Positions 51,116-61,572 of a stretch of DNA of 64,000 nucleotides are shown piece by piece. The DNA comes from Planctomycetota bacterium (GTDB lineage: Bacteria; Planctomycetota; B15-G4): positions 64,001 through 128,000 of the forward strand of contig JBBQUR010000004.1 in assembly GCA_038212275.1 (NCBI GenBank), given 5' to 3'. A program made the position numbers and the translations under genes. Position 1 is the stretch's first letter; every line of letters starts with the position of its first letter. Below the pieces are notes generated by a model. That model was given only the letters and a program-made list of their open reading frames with translations. It had not been told where the DNA came from and ran no database searches.

Positions 51116-52080
51116 GGCTTGTAGATCACCGTCACGACGCCGCCCAGCCAGACGAAGAACCCGCCCACGCTCACGGGATCGGTCAGCAGCATCCTCACCG
51201 GATCGCTGCCCCGACCGGCGTGGATGCGGCGCAGATGGCGCAGCACCAGCAGCGCGACGACTGGCGCGGTGAGCAGCAGTGCGCGCGAACCCACGTGGGC
51301 CACGGTGTCGGCGGCTGCGCTGTACGCCACGTAGCTGCCGACGCACAGCAGCGCCGAGACATCCAGGAGGCGTCCCACAAGCGGCAGCGGATAGGCCGCG
51401 AACATCGGGCGGGTGAGCAGGGTGCCGGGCCCGAGCTGGCGCAGTTCGAGGCAGCGCTTGCCGAGGCTGAGAAACAAGGCCAGGCAGAAGCCGCACAGGA
51501 GCAACCAGCGCGAGGGAAGCAGTTGCAGGGCCGCGCTGCCTGCACACGTGCGCAGCACGAAGCCGAGCGACAGGACGACCACGTCGAGCACGAGCACTCG
51601 CTTGAGCAGCAGCGTGTACGCAAGCGTCAGGCCCACATAAAGCAGCGAGAGGTCGAAGACGCCAAGCGCGCCGAGCCCGCTCGTGAAGAGCGGCGGTGCG
51701 CTCTGCTGCACCGCCCGCGCGAGGGCCAGTCCGCCCGCAAGACATCCGACGGCGAGGGCGGCGGCCGCGCCAGTCCCGAACTTGCCGCGCGCCAGTGGTC
51801 GGTCACGCTTGGCCGGGTGGTGGGCGTCGGCCGGCGCATCGTGGACGTCATTGAGCACGTAGCCGGCCGATGACAACAGGCACAGCGCGGCGGCGGTGAG
51901 CAGCGCGAGGCGTACGGAAGGCGGATCAAGCAGCCGTCCCGCGAAGACCAGCGGCGCGAGCACGACGACGTTCTTGGCCCAGTGGGCCGGCCTCAGGAGA
52001 GCCGCGGCATCGGCGATCCGGCTGCCGTCGCGCGGGCTTGAGTCGTGCCCTGCGCGCGGGGCCCGCGAGGCGTCAGACAC
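51109..52080 (-). CDS. UbiA-family prenyltransferase (decaprenyl-phosphate phosphoribosyltransferase-like)
   Basis: LRPAHWAKN, YVLNDVHDAPADAHHPAKRDRPLA, LGKR; multiple TMs. Confidence 0.88.
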   Translation of the reverse strand: MSDASRAPRAGHDSSPRDGSRIADAAALLRPAHWAKNVVVLAPLVFAGRLLDPPSVRLALLTAAALCLLSSAGYVLNDVHDAPADAHHPAKRDRPLARGKFGTGAAAALAVGCLAGGLALARAVQQSAPPLFTSGLGALGVFDLSLLYVGLTLAYTLLLKRVLVLDVVVLSLGFVLRTCAGSAALQLLPSRWLLLCGFCLALFLSLGKRCLELRQLGPGTLLTRPMFAAYPLPLVGRLLDVSALLCVGSYVAYSAAADTVAHVGSRALLLTAPVVALLVLRHLRRIHAGRGSDPVRMLLTDPVSVGGFFVWLGGVVTVIYKPW

Positions 52081-52205
52081 GAAGGTGCTGCATGGCGGTC
52101 AACTCCGGGGCCGCAGGTTAGCGCGCCGGCGGGGGCCGCTCCACCCCGCGCCGGCGTCGCAGCGTGCGGCACCTCGCCGATCGCGGCCGATCGCGGCACG
52201 GCGGC

Positions 52206-54758
52206 TCAGCTCGCGACGGTCTCGCTGGAGCCGACGCGTCGGCACTGCAGAGTGTCGCCTGCAGCCGAGACCTCCACCTTGTCGCCGACGCCGATGCGGC
52301 CCGCGATCATTTCGCGCGCCAGCAGGTCGGTCACGTGCTTCTGAATGGCGCGCTTGAGCGGCCGCGCGCCGTAGGCGGGGTCGTAGCCGATGCGGGCGAG
52401 GAAGGACAGCGCCTCGTCGTCGACGATGAGCTCCACTCCGTTCACGGCCGCCTGCTTGCGCAGCCGGTCGATCTGGATGCGCACGATGTCGTGCAGCGCC
52501 TCGGGCTTCAGCGGCTCGAAGGCAACGATCTCGTCGAGGCGGTTGAGGAACTCGGGCCTGAAGAAGCGCTTCACGTCCTCGAGCGTGCCGATGTTGCTGG
52601 TCATCAGCACGAGCGCCTGGGTGAAGTCCACCGTGCGCCCCTGGCCGTCCGTCAGGCGTCCGTCGTCGAGCACCTGCAGCAGGGCGTGGAACACGTCGGG
52701 ATGCGCCTTCTCGACCTCGTCGAGCAGCAGCACGCAGTGCGGACGCCTGCGCACGGCTTCTGTCAGCGCGCCGCCCTCCTCGTGGCCGACGTAGCCCGGG
52801 GGCGCGCCGATGAGCCGCGACACGCTGTGCTTCTCCATGTACTCGGACATGTCGAGGCGAACCATCGCGCGCTCGTCGTTGAAAAGGAAGTCCGCCACGC
52901 TGCGCGCGAGCTCCGTCTTGCCCACGCCCGTCGGGCCGATGAAGAGGAAGGCGCCGATGGGGCGCGTGGGGGAAGCGAGGCCCGTACGCGAGCGACGGAT
53001 CGCGTCGCAGACCGCGGTCACGGCCGCATCCTGTCCGACCATGCGGCGGTGGATGACGTCCTCCATGTGCAGCAGGCGCTCGCGTTCCTCGGAGAGCAGG
53101 CGCGTGACGGGGATTCCGGTCCAGCGCGACACGACGGTCGCGATCTGTTCGCCGTCGACCATCTGCTTCAGCAGCGCGCCGTGCTCCTGAAGCTCCTCGA
53201 TCTCCGCGGCGCGCTGCTCGAGTTCGCGCTGGCTCGCCGGGATCTGGCCGTAGCGGATCTCCGCCACGCGGTCGAACCGGCCTTCCCGCTCGGCGGTGAG
53301 GGATTCGCGCTCGAGTGCCTGCAGGCGCTCCTTCGCGGTGCGCTGTGCCTCGATGAGCCGCTTCTCGCGCTGCCAGCGCAGGCGGAGCTCGCCGGCCTGC
53401 TCGTTCAGCTCCTCGAGCTTCGAGGTCACATCGGCGATGCGGCGCTTGTCGGGTTCGTCCTCGCTCTTCAAGGCGGTCCGTTCGATCTCGAGCTGACGCT
53501 GCCGGCGCTCGAAGTTGTCGAGCTCGGGCGGCATGGAATCGATGGCGATTCGCAGACCGCTCGCCGCCTCGTCGAGCAGGTCGATGGCCTTGTCGGGCAG
53601 GAAGCGCCCCTGGATGTACTGCTTGGAGAGGCGTGCTGCCGCGACGATGGCCTCGTCCAGGATGCGCACGCCGTGGTGCACCTCGTAGGTCTCCTTGAGA
53701 CCGCGCAGGATGGCGATCGTGTCGTCGACGCCGGGCTCATCCACGCGCACCGGCTGGAAGCGACGCTCGAGTGCGGCGTCCTTCTCGATGTGCTTGCGAT
53801 ATTCCTGAACGGTCGTGGCGCCCACGCAGCGCAACTCGCCGCGGGCGAGCGCCGGCTTGAGCATGTTGGCCGCATCCACGGCGCCTTCCGCGGCGCCCGC
53901 GCCGACGAGCGTGTGCAGCTCGTCGATGAAGAGGATGATCCCGCCCGCGGCGGACTCGACTTCCTTCAGCAGGGCCTTGAGGCGCTCCTCGAACTCGCCG
54001 CGGTATTTGGCGCCGGCGAGCAGCGCCGCGAGGTCGAGGGCGAGCAGGCGCTTCTCCTTGAGGCTCTCGGGAACGTCGCCGGCGACGATGCGCAGCGCAA
54101 GACCCTCGACGATGGCGGTCTTGCCGACGCCCGGCTCGCCGATGAGCACGGGATTGTTCTTCGTGCGGCGCGAGAGCACCTGAATGACGCGCCGGATCTC
54201 GTCGCTGCGCCCGATGACGACATCGAGCTTGCCGTCGCGGGCGAGCTTCGTGAGATCGCGCGTGTACTTGTCGAGCACCTCGAAGGCAGCTTCGGGAGTC
54301 TCGTTCTGCACGGACTGGGTGCCGCGCACGGCGGCGAGGGCGTGTTCCACTGCGGCAGGCGTGAGCCCGCGGTGACCGAGCGCGGCGACGAGAGGCGCAT
54401 CACCCTTGTTCAGCAGCGCAAGCAGCAGCAGTTCGACGGAGATGAAGCTGTCGCCGCGCTGTTTCGCGAGGCGCGAGGCCTCGTCGAGGACGCTGGCGAG
54501 GGCGCCGGACATGCCGGGAGTCGAGCCGCTCACGCGCGGTGCGCCCTTGAGCAGCCCCTGCAGGTCCGCGATCACGTCGACGCGCCGTGCATTCACGTGG
54601 CGCATCACGGCGTCGATGAAACCGTCCTCGGGTTCCACGAGTGCGAGCGCCAGGTGCGTCGGCGTGACCTCCGGATGCTTGCGCTCCGTGGCCAGCTCGA
54701 CGGCGGCCGCGAGAGATTCGCGTGTGCGTTGCGTGAAGTTGTCCGACTTGTTCGCCAT
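52206..54758 (-). CDS. clpB: Disaggregase ClpB
   Basis: Clp N-domain; [21 protein letters not shown]; middle coiled coil; [17 protein letters not shown]. Confidence 0.95.
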   Translation of the reverse strand: MANKSDNFTQRTRESLAAAVELATERKHPEVTPTHLALALVEPEDGFIDAVMRHVNARRVDVIADLQGLLKGAPRVSGSTPGMSGALASVLDEASRLAKQRGDSFISVELLLLALLNKGDAPLVAALGHRGLTPAAVEHALAAVRGTQSVQNETPEAAFEVLDKYTRDLTKLARDGKLDVVIGRSDEIRRVIQVLSRRTKNNPVLIGEPGVGKTAIVEGLALRIVAGDVPESLKEKRLLALDLAALLAGAKYRGEFEERLKALLKEVESAAGGIILFIDELHTLVGAGAAEGAVDAANMLKPALARGELRCVGATTVQEYRKHIEKDAALERRFQPVRVDEPGVDDTIAILRGLKETYEVHHGVRILDEAIVAAARLSKQYIQGRFLPDKAIDLLDEAASGLRIAIDSMPPELDNFERRQRQLEIERTALKSEDEPDKRRIADVTSKLEELNEQAGELRLRWQREKRLIEAQRTAKERLQALERESLTAEREGRFDRVAEIRYGQIPASQRELEQRAAEIEELQEHGALLKQMVDGEQIATVVSRWTGIPVTRLLSEERERLLHMEDVIHRRMVGQDAAVTAVCDAIRRSRTGLASPTRPIGAFLFIGPTGVGKTELARSVADFLFNDERAMVRLDMSEYMEKHSVSRLIGAPPGYVGHEEGGALTEAVRRRPHCVLLLDEVEKAHPDVFHALLQVLDDGRLTDGQGRTVDFTQALVLMTSNIGTLEDVKRFFRPEFLNRLDEIVAFEPLKPEALHDIVRIQIDRLRKQAAVNGVELIVDDEALSFLARIGYDPAYGARPLKRAIQKHVTDLLAREMIAGRIGVGDKVEVSAAGDTLQCRRVGSSETVAS

Positions 54759-54768
54759 GAAAGTGCGC

Positions 54769-54794
54769 TCCGTGTCCGTGTCCGTGTCCGTGTC
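54769..54794. repeat. (TCCGTG)4 hexamer tandem repeat in the clpB leader
   Basis: Four perfect copies, ending about 10 nt upstream of the clpB ATG. Confidence 0.9.
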
Positions 54795-54870
54795 ACGCGA
54801 TGCGCGCACGGCGCCTGCCGCGTGCGTCAAGCCCGCGGATGTGTCCTGGCCACTCACCACTCATCAGGCG

Positions 54871-54887
54871 AGCAATGGCCATGCCAA
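54871..54887 (-). promoter_or_regulatory. sigma54 (-24/-12) promoter of clpB
   Basis: Minus strand reads TTGGC-ATGGCCA-TTGCT with exact spacing. Confidence 0.8.
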
Positions 54888-55130
54888 AGCGCACGTGGCC
54901 GTCAAGGTGTTTCTTCTGCTGGAGGGCGCGCGGTCGCCGGACATCGGTCCCCCGGTCTCCGGGCGGGAGCCGAGTCGCGAGGCTGCGGAAAGGGGCCTGC
55001 CGTCGGCGGCTCAGGGCCAGGGAGCAGGGCACGCCAGGCTTGAGCTGGCCGGCGGCGGGCTTCAGCCGGTTCTGTCGACCGCAGGAGTTCGATCGTCTCC
55101 CGCTCGCCACGGTTCTCCACAGTGTTTTCA

Positions 55131-55163
55131 TGCCACTGCGGCGGAGAGCCTGCCAGTCTGGCC
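55131..55163. promoter_or_regulatory. Two TGCCA-N3-(T/C)GGC sites upstream of clpB
   Basis: TGCCACTGCGGCG (55131) and TGCCAGTCTGGCC (55151), 20 bp apart. Confidence 0.55.
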
Positions 55164-55383
55164 GCTTTCGCAGGTCCTTGATGTGCCTTCGGAGGGCCCT
55201 CCTGCCTCGGCGCGACACGGACTGCTTGGCCTGAGCAGCGTGCGGACGGACGCGGATTCTGTCCGCCGATGGGCGGCGCCCATCCACGACGAGTTCGCCC
55301 GCCGGCCCGCGATGAGCGCCTCGTGTGCGCGGCCCCGGCGGCTAGACTCGCCGGCTTGCCTTCCCCGTTGCGCGGACGCCTGC

Positions 55384-56028
55384 ATGATCCCGACACATCC
55401 GTTGCTTGCCCTCAGCCTGAGCTCCTTTGCGGAGCAGACCGCCGCCAGGACGCCGACGCCCGGCGGCGGCTCGGTGGCGGCGTACATGGGGACCCTCGGC
55501 GCGTCGCTCGGAGCGATGGCGGCGCGCTTCACGTCAGGGCGCAAGGGCTTCGAGGCGCATGAGAGCGCGCTCGGCACGGAGGTCGCGCGGCTCGACGAAC
55601 TCGCCGCCCGCTTGTCCGCGCTCGTCGACGAAGACAGCCGCAGCTACGACACGGTGACCAACGCGTATGCGCTGCCGAAGGAGAGCGAAGAGCAGAAGGC
55701 GGCGCGCCGTGACGCGATTCAGGCCGCCCTGCGCGTCGCACTGGCCGCACCCCTCGCCACCTGCCGCACGGCCGTCGCTGCGCTGGGCGAACTCGACACG
55801 CTGGCGACGCATGTCAATCCGAACCTCGCGAGCGATGTCGCCGTGGGCGCGTATGCGCTCGGCGCCGCCTATCGGGGCGCGTGGATGAATGTGCTCATCA
55901 ATCTTGGCGGGCTCAAGGACGAAGCCTTTCGCGCCGCGATCCTCGCCGAGGGCGAGACGCTGTCGAGCTCCGCGCAACGACTCGAGCAGCGCGTGAGCGC
56001 GGCGATCCTTTCCGGGTTGAAGTCCTGA
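55384..56028 (+). CDS. Formiminotransferase-cyclodeaminase C-terminal (cyclodeaminase/cyclohydrolase) family protein
   Basis: PTPGGGSVAA, AYALPK, NPNLASDV, NVLINL. Confidence 0.92.
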   Translation: MIPTHPLLALSLSSFAEQTAARTPTPGGGSVAAYMGTLGASLGAMAARFTSGRKGFEAHESALGTEVARLDELAARLSALVDEDSRSYDTVTNAYALPKESEEQKAARRDAIQAALRVALAAPLATCRTAVAALGELDTLATHVNPNLASDVAVGAYALGAAYRGAWMNVLINLGGLKDEAFRAAILAEGETLSSSAQRLEQRVSAAILSGLKS

Positions 56029-57443
56029 GCGGCAAAGACGCCCCTGCGTCCGGTCTCCCGCCCGTCCGCTGCGCCAACGCGCAGCTGGCTGCGCTGCTCG
56101 ACGGGCCGATCGACGAACGCTGCCTGGACGCCGTCGAGGCGCTGCTGCAGAGCTGGGGGGCGCTCGCATTTCCCGCACTTCCCAATGGCATGTACGCCGC
56201 GGTGCCACGCGTGCAGGCGTCCAATCAGTACACCGGCTACGCAAACACGTGGGTGCGCGACACGGTGCACATCGCTCATGCGGCCTGGGAGCGCGGGCAG
56301 GTGGGGCGCGCGGCGGCGGCGGCTCGCTCGCTGCTGGCGTGGTTCGGCACGCAGGCGCCGCGCTTCGAGCGATGCATCGCCGGAGAGGCTGACCTGTCGG
56401 ATCCGATGCAGCGGCCTCACATCCGTTTTCGCGGGGCAGACCTGACGGAGATCCCCGTCTGGTGGCCGCACGCGCAGAACGACGCGCTCGGTTACGCACT
56501 CTGGTTCCTGTCGCGGGCGTCGCTTTCGGGTCTGTTGCCCGTCGATGACGCGGCCGCGGCGGTCCTCTGGCGATTCCCGCGCTTCTTCGCGGCGATCTCC
56601 TACTGGCAGGACCGCGACAGTGGTCACTGGGAGGAGGCGCGCAAGCTGCAGTGCTCGTCGGTGGGCGCGGTCGTGGCCGGACTGATGGCCTTTCGCGGCC
56701 TGTGCCGGAGCAGGCCCGAGGTGGGAGCCCTCGGCTTGCGCGGCGCAGCGCTCGGTGCGGAGCACGCGCAGAGCACGGGCGAGGTCCGTGCCGCGCCGTT
56801 CACGCCGGGGCAGCTCGACGAGTTGCTCGCGGCCGGACGCGCACATCTGAATCGCGTGCTGCCGGCCGAGTCGATCGACGAGAGCGATCCGTCACTCCAG
56901 CGCGCGACGGACGCGGCGCTGCTCTTCCTCGTCCATCCGCTCCGCGTGGTGAGCGACGAGATGGCCATGCGCATCTGCGACGACGTCCGCGCGACGCTGC
57001 TCGGGCCGTACGGCATCCGGCGCTACATCGGCGACAGCTACTGGATGGCCGATTACACGCGACTCTTCGACGAGCACACGCGCACCGCCGGCTTCGAGGA
57101 TGACGTGGCGGCTCGCGACCGGTTCCTGCAACCGGGAACGGAGGCGCAGTGGTGCCTCTTCGATCCCGTGCTCTCGACGATCCACGGCTGGCGCTTTCTC
57201 GCCACTCGGGACCCCGGTGACCGCGCCTGGCAGGAGTGGCACCTGCGTCGCGCGCTGGGCGAGGTGACCGGCGCCGACTGTCCGCTGGGCGAGGGGCTGT
57301 GCCCCGAGGCCTACTACCTGCCGGACAGTCGCACGCCCGCGGTCTGGGTCGCGAACGACGACACGCCGCTGCTCTGGACAGAGGCCGCTCTCAGCAGCGC
57401 GCTGCTGGCCGCGCGGAAGACGGTCGTCGCGGCGGGGCGGTAA
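56025..57443 (+). CDS. Glycoside hydrolase family 15-like protein; probable CTG start
   Basis: WVRDT, HAQNDALG, GHWEE, DAALL, GIRRYIGDSY, PLLWTEA. Start uncertain. Confidence 0.75.
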   Translation: MSGKDAPASGLPPVRCANAQLAALLDGPIDERCLDAVEALLQSWGALAFPALPNGMYAAVPRVQASNQYTGYANTWVRDTVHIAHAAWERGQVGRAAAAARSLLAWFGTQAPRFERCIAGEADLSDPMQRPHIRFRGADLTEIPVWWPHAQNDALGYALWFLSRASLSGLLPVDDAAAAVLWRFPRFFAAISYWQDRDSGHWEEARKLQCSSVGAVVAGLMAFRGLCRSRPEVGALGLRGAALGAEHAQSTGEVRAAPFTPGQLDELLAAGRAHLNRVLPAESIDESDPSLQRATDAALLFLVHPLRVVSDEMAMRICDDVRATLLGPYGIRRYIGDSYWMADYTRLFDEHTRTAGFEDDVAARDRFLQPGTEAQWCLFDPVLSTIHGWRFLATRDPGDRAWQEWHLRRALGEVTGADCPLGEGLCPEAYYLPDSRTPAVWVANDDTPLLWTEAALSSALLAARKTVVAAGR

Positions 57444-57635
57444 AGAGTCCCGGGCGTGAAGATCGAGTGAAGAATGTGCGCAGTGTCGGCAAGGGGCGGT
57501 GAAGGCTCGCGCAATTTGCTGTGGCGGTCCGGCTTTGCGCTGGTCTTGCGCGCTCGCGGCGGGTCTCATCCGGGCCGCGCGAGCGGCTTGGCTACCGACG
57601 CGTTGACACCATCCCGACCCCGGAGTGCTCGCACC

Positions 57636-57983
57636 ATGCAACTGCTGTCCCGTCTTGGTGGAATCGTGATCATCGGCGCCTTGTCGGGGGCGCTGCTCGG
57701 CTGCTCGATGATGGACAAGCCGTCGTGGCTCGCGACGAAGAAGGCGAATGACGCGGAGGCGGAGTTTTACGCCGAGGTGCCCTACGAGGGCCGCATCTAC
57801 GTGATCGGCAAGTCCGCCAGCCTCGCGGCTTTCGAGAAGACGAAGGAGCTGCCGTACCGCCAGACCTTCATCGGCGTCGGCCCGAACGGCGAGACGGTGG
57901 TCATCGAGGCGGAAGCCAAGGACGTGGCCCTGCAGGCGCGGCTGCGGCGCGCCTATGACGCGAAGCACGACGTCGAACTCTGA
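57636..57983 (+). CDS. Small hypothetical lipoprotein
   Basis: MQLLSRLGGIVIIGALSGALLGC lipobox; GGAG upstream; typical codon usage. Confidence 0.8.
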   Translation: MQLLSRLGGIVIIGALSGALLGCSMMDKPSWLATKKANDAEAEFYAEVPYEGRIYVIGKSASLAAFEKTKELPYRQTFIGVGPNGETVVIEAEAKDVALQARLRRAYDAKHDVEL

Positions 57984-58045
57984 GCGGCGGCCGAGATCGT
58001 CGGCCCCGCGCACCGTCATCACAGGCTCTCAGCGAGCGCCGGAAG

Positions 58046-58957
58046 TCAGCGCGCGGGCGCTTGCGCGCGCAGGTCACGCCACAGCGCGATCGGGCCGACG
58101 GCGAAGAGCGCGAACAGCGGCGGTGCGGTGAGCAGCAGGTCGAGTCCGCGCCAGGGTGCAAGCGGCAGGAGCCGGATGCCGAACTCCACCAACGCGATGA
58201 GCACCGTCACGAGAATGCGTCCGCGCACCGTGCCGACGACCGTGCGCGGGTCGGTCAGCATGAAGAAGATGAGCAGCATGTACATGGCGCCGGTGAGCGG
58301 CGCGATTTCGGTGGTGAAACGCGTGAGCCAGGAGTAGCCGGCGTATTCGGGCAGCGCCCCGAAGATTGCGGCCCGCAGGCCCGCCAGGGCAACGAAAGCC
58401 AGGACGTAGCTCGCCGTGATGTGCAGCAGCCGGGCGCGCCAGACGACGATCGTGCCCACGGCCAGCAGGATGTAGACGATGGACTTGTCGTTGCCCCACT
58501 GGTGACTGAGCACCGACATCGAGTTCGGCGCGATGAGCAGCAGCGCGCAGATCGAGAAGTTGGTCGGATTCCAGAGGTGCCGGTTCCGGTACGTGAGCAC
58601 GTATTTGCTGCTGATGGCGAGGAACGATCCGAGCCAGAACGGCCACAGCAGTCCGCCTGCCGGTTTCGTGAGGATGGCGACGCTGTTGCCGCTGATGTAC
58701 GCCGAGAGCAGCACCGGCCAGCTGCCGCGCAGCAGGCGGGACAAGACCAGCTCGACGAGTATCGCCGTGCCGAGAGCGAGCAGCAGGCGCTCGTACCCGC
58801 CGATGATGTCGAAGAAATACTGTCCCACCACGAGGATCAGCGTGATGAAGCCGGAGGACAGGTACCTGGCCGGGATCGCGGGCATGCGAAAGCCCGGGCG
58901 CGGAACGACCGCGGCGGCCGCCGAGGGAGCATCCGGGCCACGCGCTTCGCTGCTCAT
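58046..58957 (-). CDS. RnfD/NqrB-like (UnbU-like) integral membrane protein
   Basis: SKYVL...HLWNPTNF and FFMLTDPRT; multiple TMs. ATGA overlap with the upstream gene. Confidence 0.8.
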   Translation of the reverse strand: MSSEARGPDAPSAAAAVVPRPGFRMPAIPARYLSSGFITLILVVGQYFFDIIGGYERLLLALGTAILVELVLSRLLRGSWPVLLSAYISGNSVAILTKPAGGLLWPFWLGSFLAISSKYVLTYRNRHLWNPTNFSICALLLIAPNSMSVLSHQWGNDKSIVYILLAVGTIVVWRARLLHITASYVLAFVALAGLRAAIFGALPEYAGYSWLTRFTTEIAPLTGAMYMLLIFFMLTDPRTVVGTVRGRILVTVLIALVEFGIRLLPLAPWRGLDLLLTAPPLFALFAVGPIALWRDLRAQAPAR

Positions 58958-60735
58958 TGCGGCTCCCGCACCAGGTGCAGGCGACCAGGCTCGGGCGAGG
59001 GCAGCACCTGCTCCCGGCCGGATGGCCAGCGGATCACGGCCTGCTTCACGCTCGTGGCGGCGCCGATGCCGAAATGCAGTCGCAGGTCGTTCTGGCTGCA
59101 GAATCCGGAACCGCCCTCCACGACCTGTGCCTGCCGGTAGTCGCCGAAGTCCAGCGTGACCTGCGCGCCGATGGCGTCGCGATTGCTCGCCTCGCCCTGA
59201 AGGTGAAAGCCGATCCAGCCGCGCTCCGGCAGCACGTCGTTGCGGTAGACGAGCAGCGGACCATGCTGGTTCGCGATGACCACGTCGAGCACGCCGCGGT
59301 TCCAGAGGTCGCCGAGGGCGATGGCGCGGCCGTCGTACTCGTCCGTGGCGCCGACGGCCGCGGCGACATCGAGAAAGGTGCGGCCGGCCTGGTTGAGCAG
59401 CACGCGCGAGCGTTCGTAACCCGACAGGCTCTTTCCGCCGATGGGCGCCCAATTGCGCGTGTCGGCGAAGAGATTGCCGGAGCCACCCGCGACCTTCCCC
59501 ATGTCGTACCAGTAGTCCTGCTCGCGATCCGCGGAGATGAAGCCGTTGACGACGAAGAGGTCCTGCCAGCCGTCGTTGTTCAGGTCACCGAACTGCGCGC
59601 CCCAGGCCCAGCCGCAATCCGCGACGACTCCCTGCGCGACGTTCTCGAATCCTCCTCCGTGGTCGAGGAGATTGAGCCGCAGGTTGTTGCCCTGGAACAG
59701 GTATCCGGCCTTGCTGATGTTCGTGACGAAGGTACCGAGGCGGCCGTCGTTGCGCGCATCTCCGACCGCAACGGACATGCCGCTCTTGCTGTCTTCCCCG
59801 AGGCCGACGCTGGCCAGTTCGAAGCGCTCGCCGTGCACGTTGCGGAACAGCTCCTCGGGGCCGTAGTCGTTGGCGAGGTAGAGGTCCTGCCATCCGTCGC
59901 CGTCGAAGTCCGCCGCGGCCAGCGCGAGCGTCCAGCGCGTGCTGTCGCAGCCGGTGGCCGCGGTCACGTCCTCGAAGTGCGGCACGCCGTCGGCTCCGGG
60001 GCCGAGGTTGTGCCACAGCACGTTGTGCCCGCCGTTCGTGGCGAACTCGAAGCTGTCGTGCATGATCTTCGTGGTCTTCAGGTGCCAGAGATCCAGCGTC
60101 TCCGGAAAGTAGCCCGCGACGTAGAGATCGAGCAGGCCGTCCCGGTCGTAGTCGAGCCACACGGCGCTGTTGCTGTTCATCCAGCGGTGCAGCCCGGCGG
60201 CCTCGGTGATGTCGGTGAAATGCAGGGCACCGTCGTTGCGGAAGAGCTGCGCGTAGCCCCACTTGTAGATGTAGAGATCCTGGTCGCCGTCGTTGTCCAG
60301 GTCGGCCCAGACCGAACCCATCGACGCTCCCTCGCCCTCGCGATTCAGGTCGGCGAGTCCCGCACGCTCCGCGACGTCCTCGAAGCGGCCGTTCCGGAGA
60401 TTGCGGTAGAGGGCGTTGCGCCTGCCGAAGGCGCTCGTCGTCGCGTACAGGTCCTGCCAGCCGTCGCCGTCGACATCGCAGATCGAAATGGCCGCGCCCA
60501 TCGCGGCGACATGCGGTTCCACGTTGGCGATGATCGGGTCAAGCCGGGTCGGCTCGTGGTGGAAGTCGATGCCCGCCTCGGCGCTGACGTCGCGCAGCAC
60601 GAAGCCGTAGCGCGTGATGTCCGCCGTGCCCGTGGCGATGGAGCGCGAGGTCGTCCCGTCGGCCCACCACGCGAAGCCGAGGGCGCCCACGAATACCAGG
60701 CGTGTCCCGGTCAGCAGCAGCGGGCGCGAGACCAT
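58954..60735 (-). CDS. CRTAC1-family FG-GAP repeat / ASPIC-UnbV protein
   Basis: Repeated D.D.DG..DLY motifs; C-terminal NRDAIGAQV...GGSGFCSQ...LHFGIG...IRWPSG. Confidence 0.92.
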   Translation of the reverse strand: MVSRPLLLTGTRLVFVGALGFAWWADGTTSRSIATGTADITRYGFVLRDVSAEAGIDFHHEPTRLDPIIANVEPHVAAMGAAISICDVDGDGWQDLYATTSAFGRRNALYRNLRNGRFEDVAERAGLADLNREGEGASMGSVWADLDNDGDQDLYIYKWGYAQLFRNDGALHFTDITEAAGLHRWMNSNSAVWLDYDRDGLLDLYVAGYFPETLDLWHLKTTKIMHDSFEFATNGGHNVLWHNLGPGADGVPHFEDVTAATGCDSTRWTLALAAADFDGDGWQDLYLANDYGPEELFRNVHGERFELASVGLGEDSKSGMSVAVGDARNDGRLGTFVTNISKAGYLFQGNNLRLNLLDHGGGFENVAQGVVADCGWAWGAQFGDLNNDGWQDLFVVNGFISADREQDYWYDMGKVAGGSGNLFADTRNWAPIGGKSLSGYERSRVLLNQAGRTFLDVAAAVGATDEYDGRAIALGDLWNRGVLDVVIANQHGPLLVYRNDVLPERGWIGFHLQGEASNRDAIGAQVTLDFGDYRQAQVVEGGSGFCSQNDLRLHFGIGAATSVKQAVIRWPSGREQVLPSPEPGRLHLVREPQ

Positions 60736-60859
60736 CGGCGAATGCTCGGGCGAAGGACAGGTCGCGCGTCACCGCGGAAGCGCACGTTCCGATTCTAGCC
60801 GCAGCGGGGGCCGCCGGCTCGGCGTGTTTCCGCATCGGCGGCGACGAAAGTGCCGACTC

Positions 60860-61303
60860 TCAGGGTTGGCCGATCGTGCCCGGGAGCCAGTCCTCGCGGA
60901 AGGTGTCGAAACGCTCCTTGAAGCGGACCGTCTGGTCCGGGCCGAGGATCGGCTGGATCTCGCGTTCGATCGCGTCGATCTCCGGGCCGATGTCCTGCAT
61001 GAGGTCGTTGCGCGCCTTCAGGATGCGTGCGTAGCGACGACGCACGATCTGCTCCACGCGTCGGGTCTGATCGTCGGTGAGGTCGAGCCGGCTCTTCAGC
61101 CTGTGCGCGACGCGTTCGGGCAGGAGGTCGGGATGCTGGATGGCGTCCCTGGCCTGGCGACCGACGCGCATCACCGTGATGCCGGCGCCGACGACTCCGC
61201 CGCCGAGGAAAATCAGGCTGCAGAGCAGCACCGTGAGCCAGATGCGCCGCGGCCGGGTGGCGTCGGGTGGGGCGGGAACGGCTTGCCGTGTTCGATCATT
61301 CAT
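60860..61303 (-). CDS. Membrane-anchored helical periplasmic protein (Spy/CpxP or heavy-metal-sensor-like)
   Basis: TM IFLGGGVVGAG; LDLTDDQ...ILGPDQ motifs. Confidence 0.7.
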   Translation of the reverse strand: MNDRTRQAVPAPPDATRPRRIWLTVLLCSLIFLGGGVVGAGITVMRVGRQARDAIQHPDLLPERVAHRLKSRLDLTDDQTRRVEQIVRRRYARILKARNDLMQDIGPEIDAIEREIQPILGPDQTVRFKERFDTFREDWLPGTIGQP

Positions 61304-61572
61304 GGGTTGAGCACCGCAAGGCCGGCAACGAGGTCGGACAAAGGATCGTTGAGCTCGATCCAGGCCGTCGAGGAAAGCAGCGCCACGACAGACGCCGCGA
61401 GCAGCGCGCCGGCGGCGTAGTAGAGCATCGGGCGCTCGACCCCGGTCAGACGCGCCCGCACCCGCCGCGACGCGATGGAAGCGAGCACGCGGTGCGTCAC
61501 GTCGACGGAAGGCGCCTGTTCGTCGCGCGCCTTGCCGGCCAGGTCGAGGAATCTCTTCCAGCGATTGTCCAT
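61300..61572 (-). CDS. Small single-TM protein, putative anti-sigma factor
   Basis: 90 aa; PSVDVTHRVLASI then a TM; immediately downstream of the ECF sigma gene. Confidence 0.65.
   Translation of the reverse strand: MDNRWKRFLDLAGKARDEQAPSVDVTHRVLASIASRRVRARLTGVERPMLYYAAGALLAASVVALLSSTAWIELNDPLSDLVAGLAVLNP

Noticed and set aside
58046..60735. Enediyne biosynthetic cluster (unbU/unbV)
   Set aside because: No PKS, thioesterase or other biosynthetic genes in the window.
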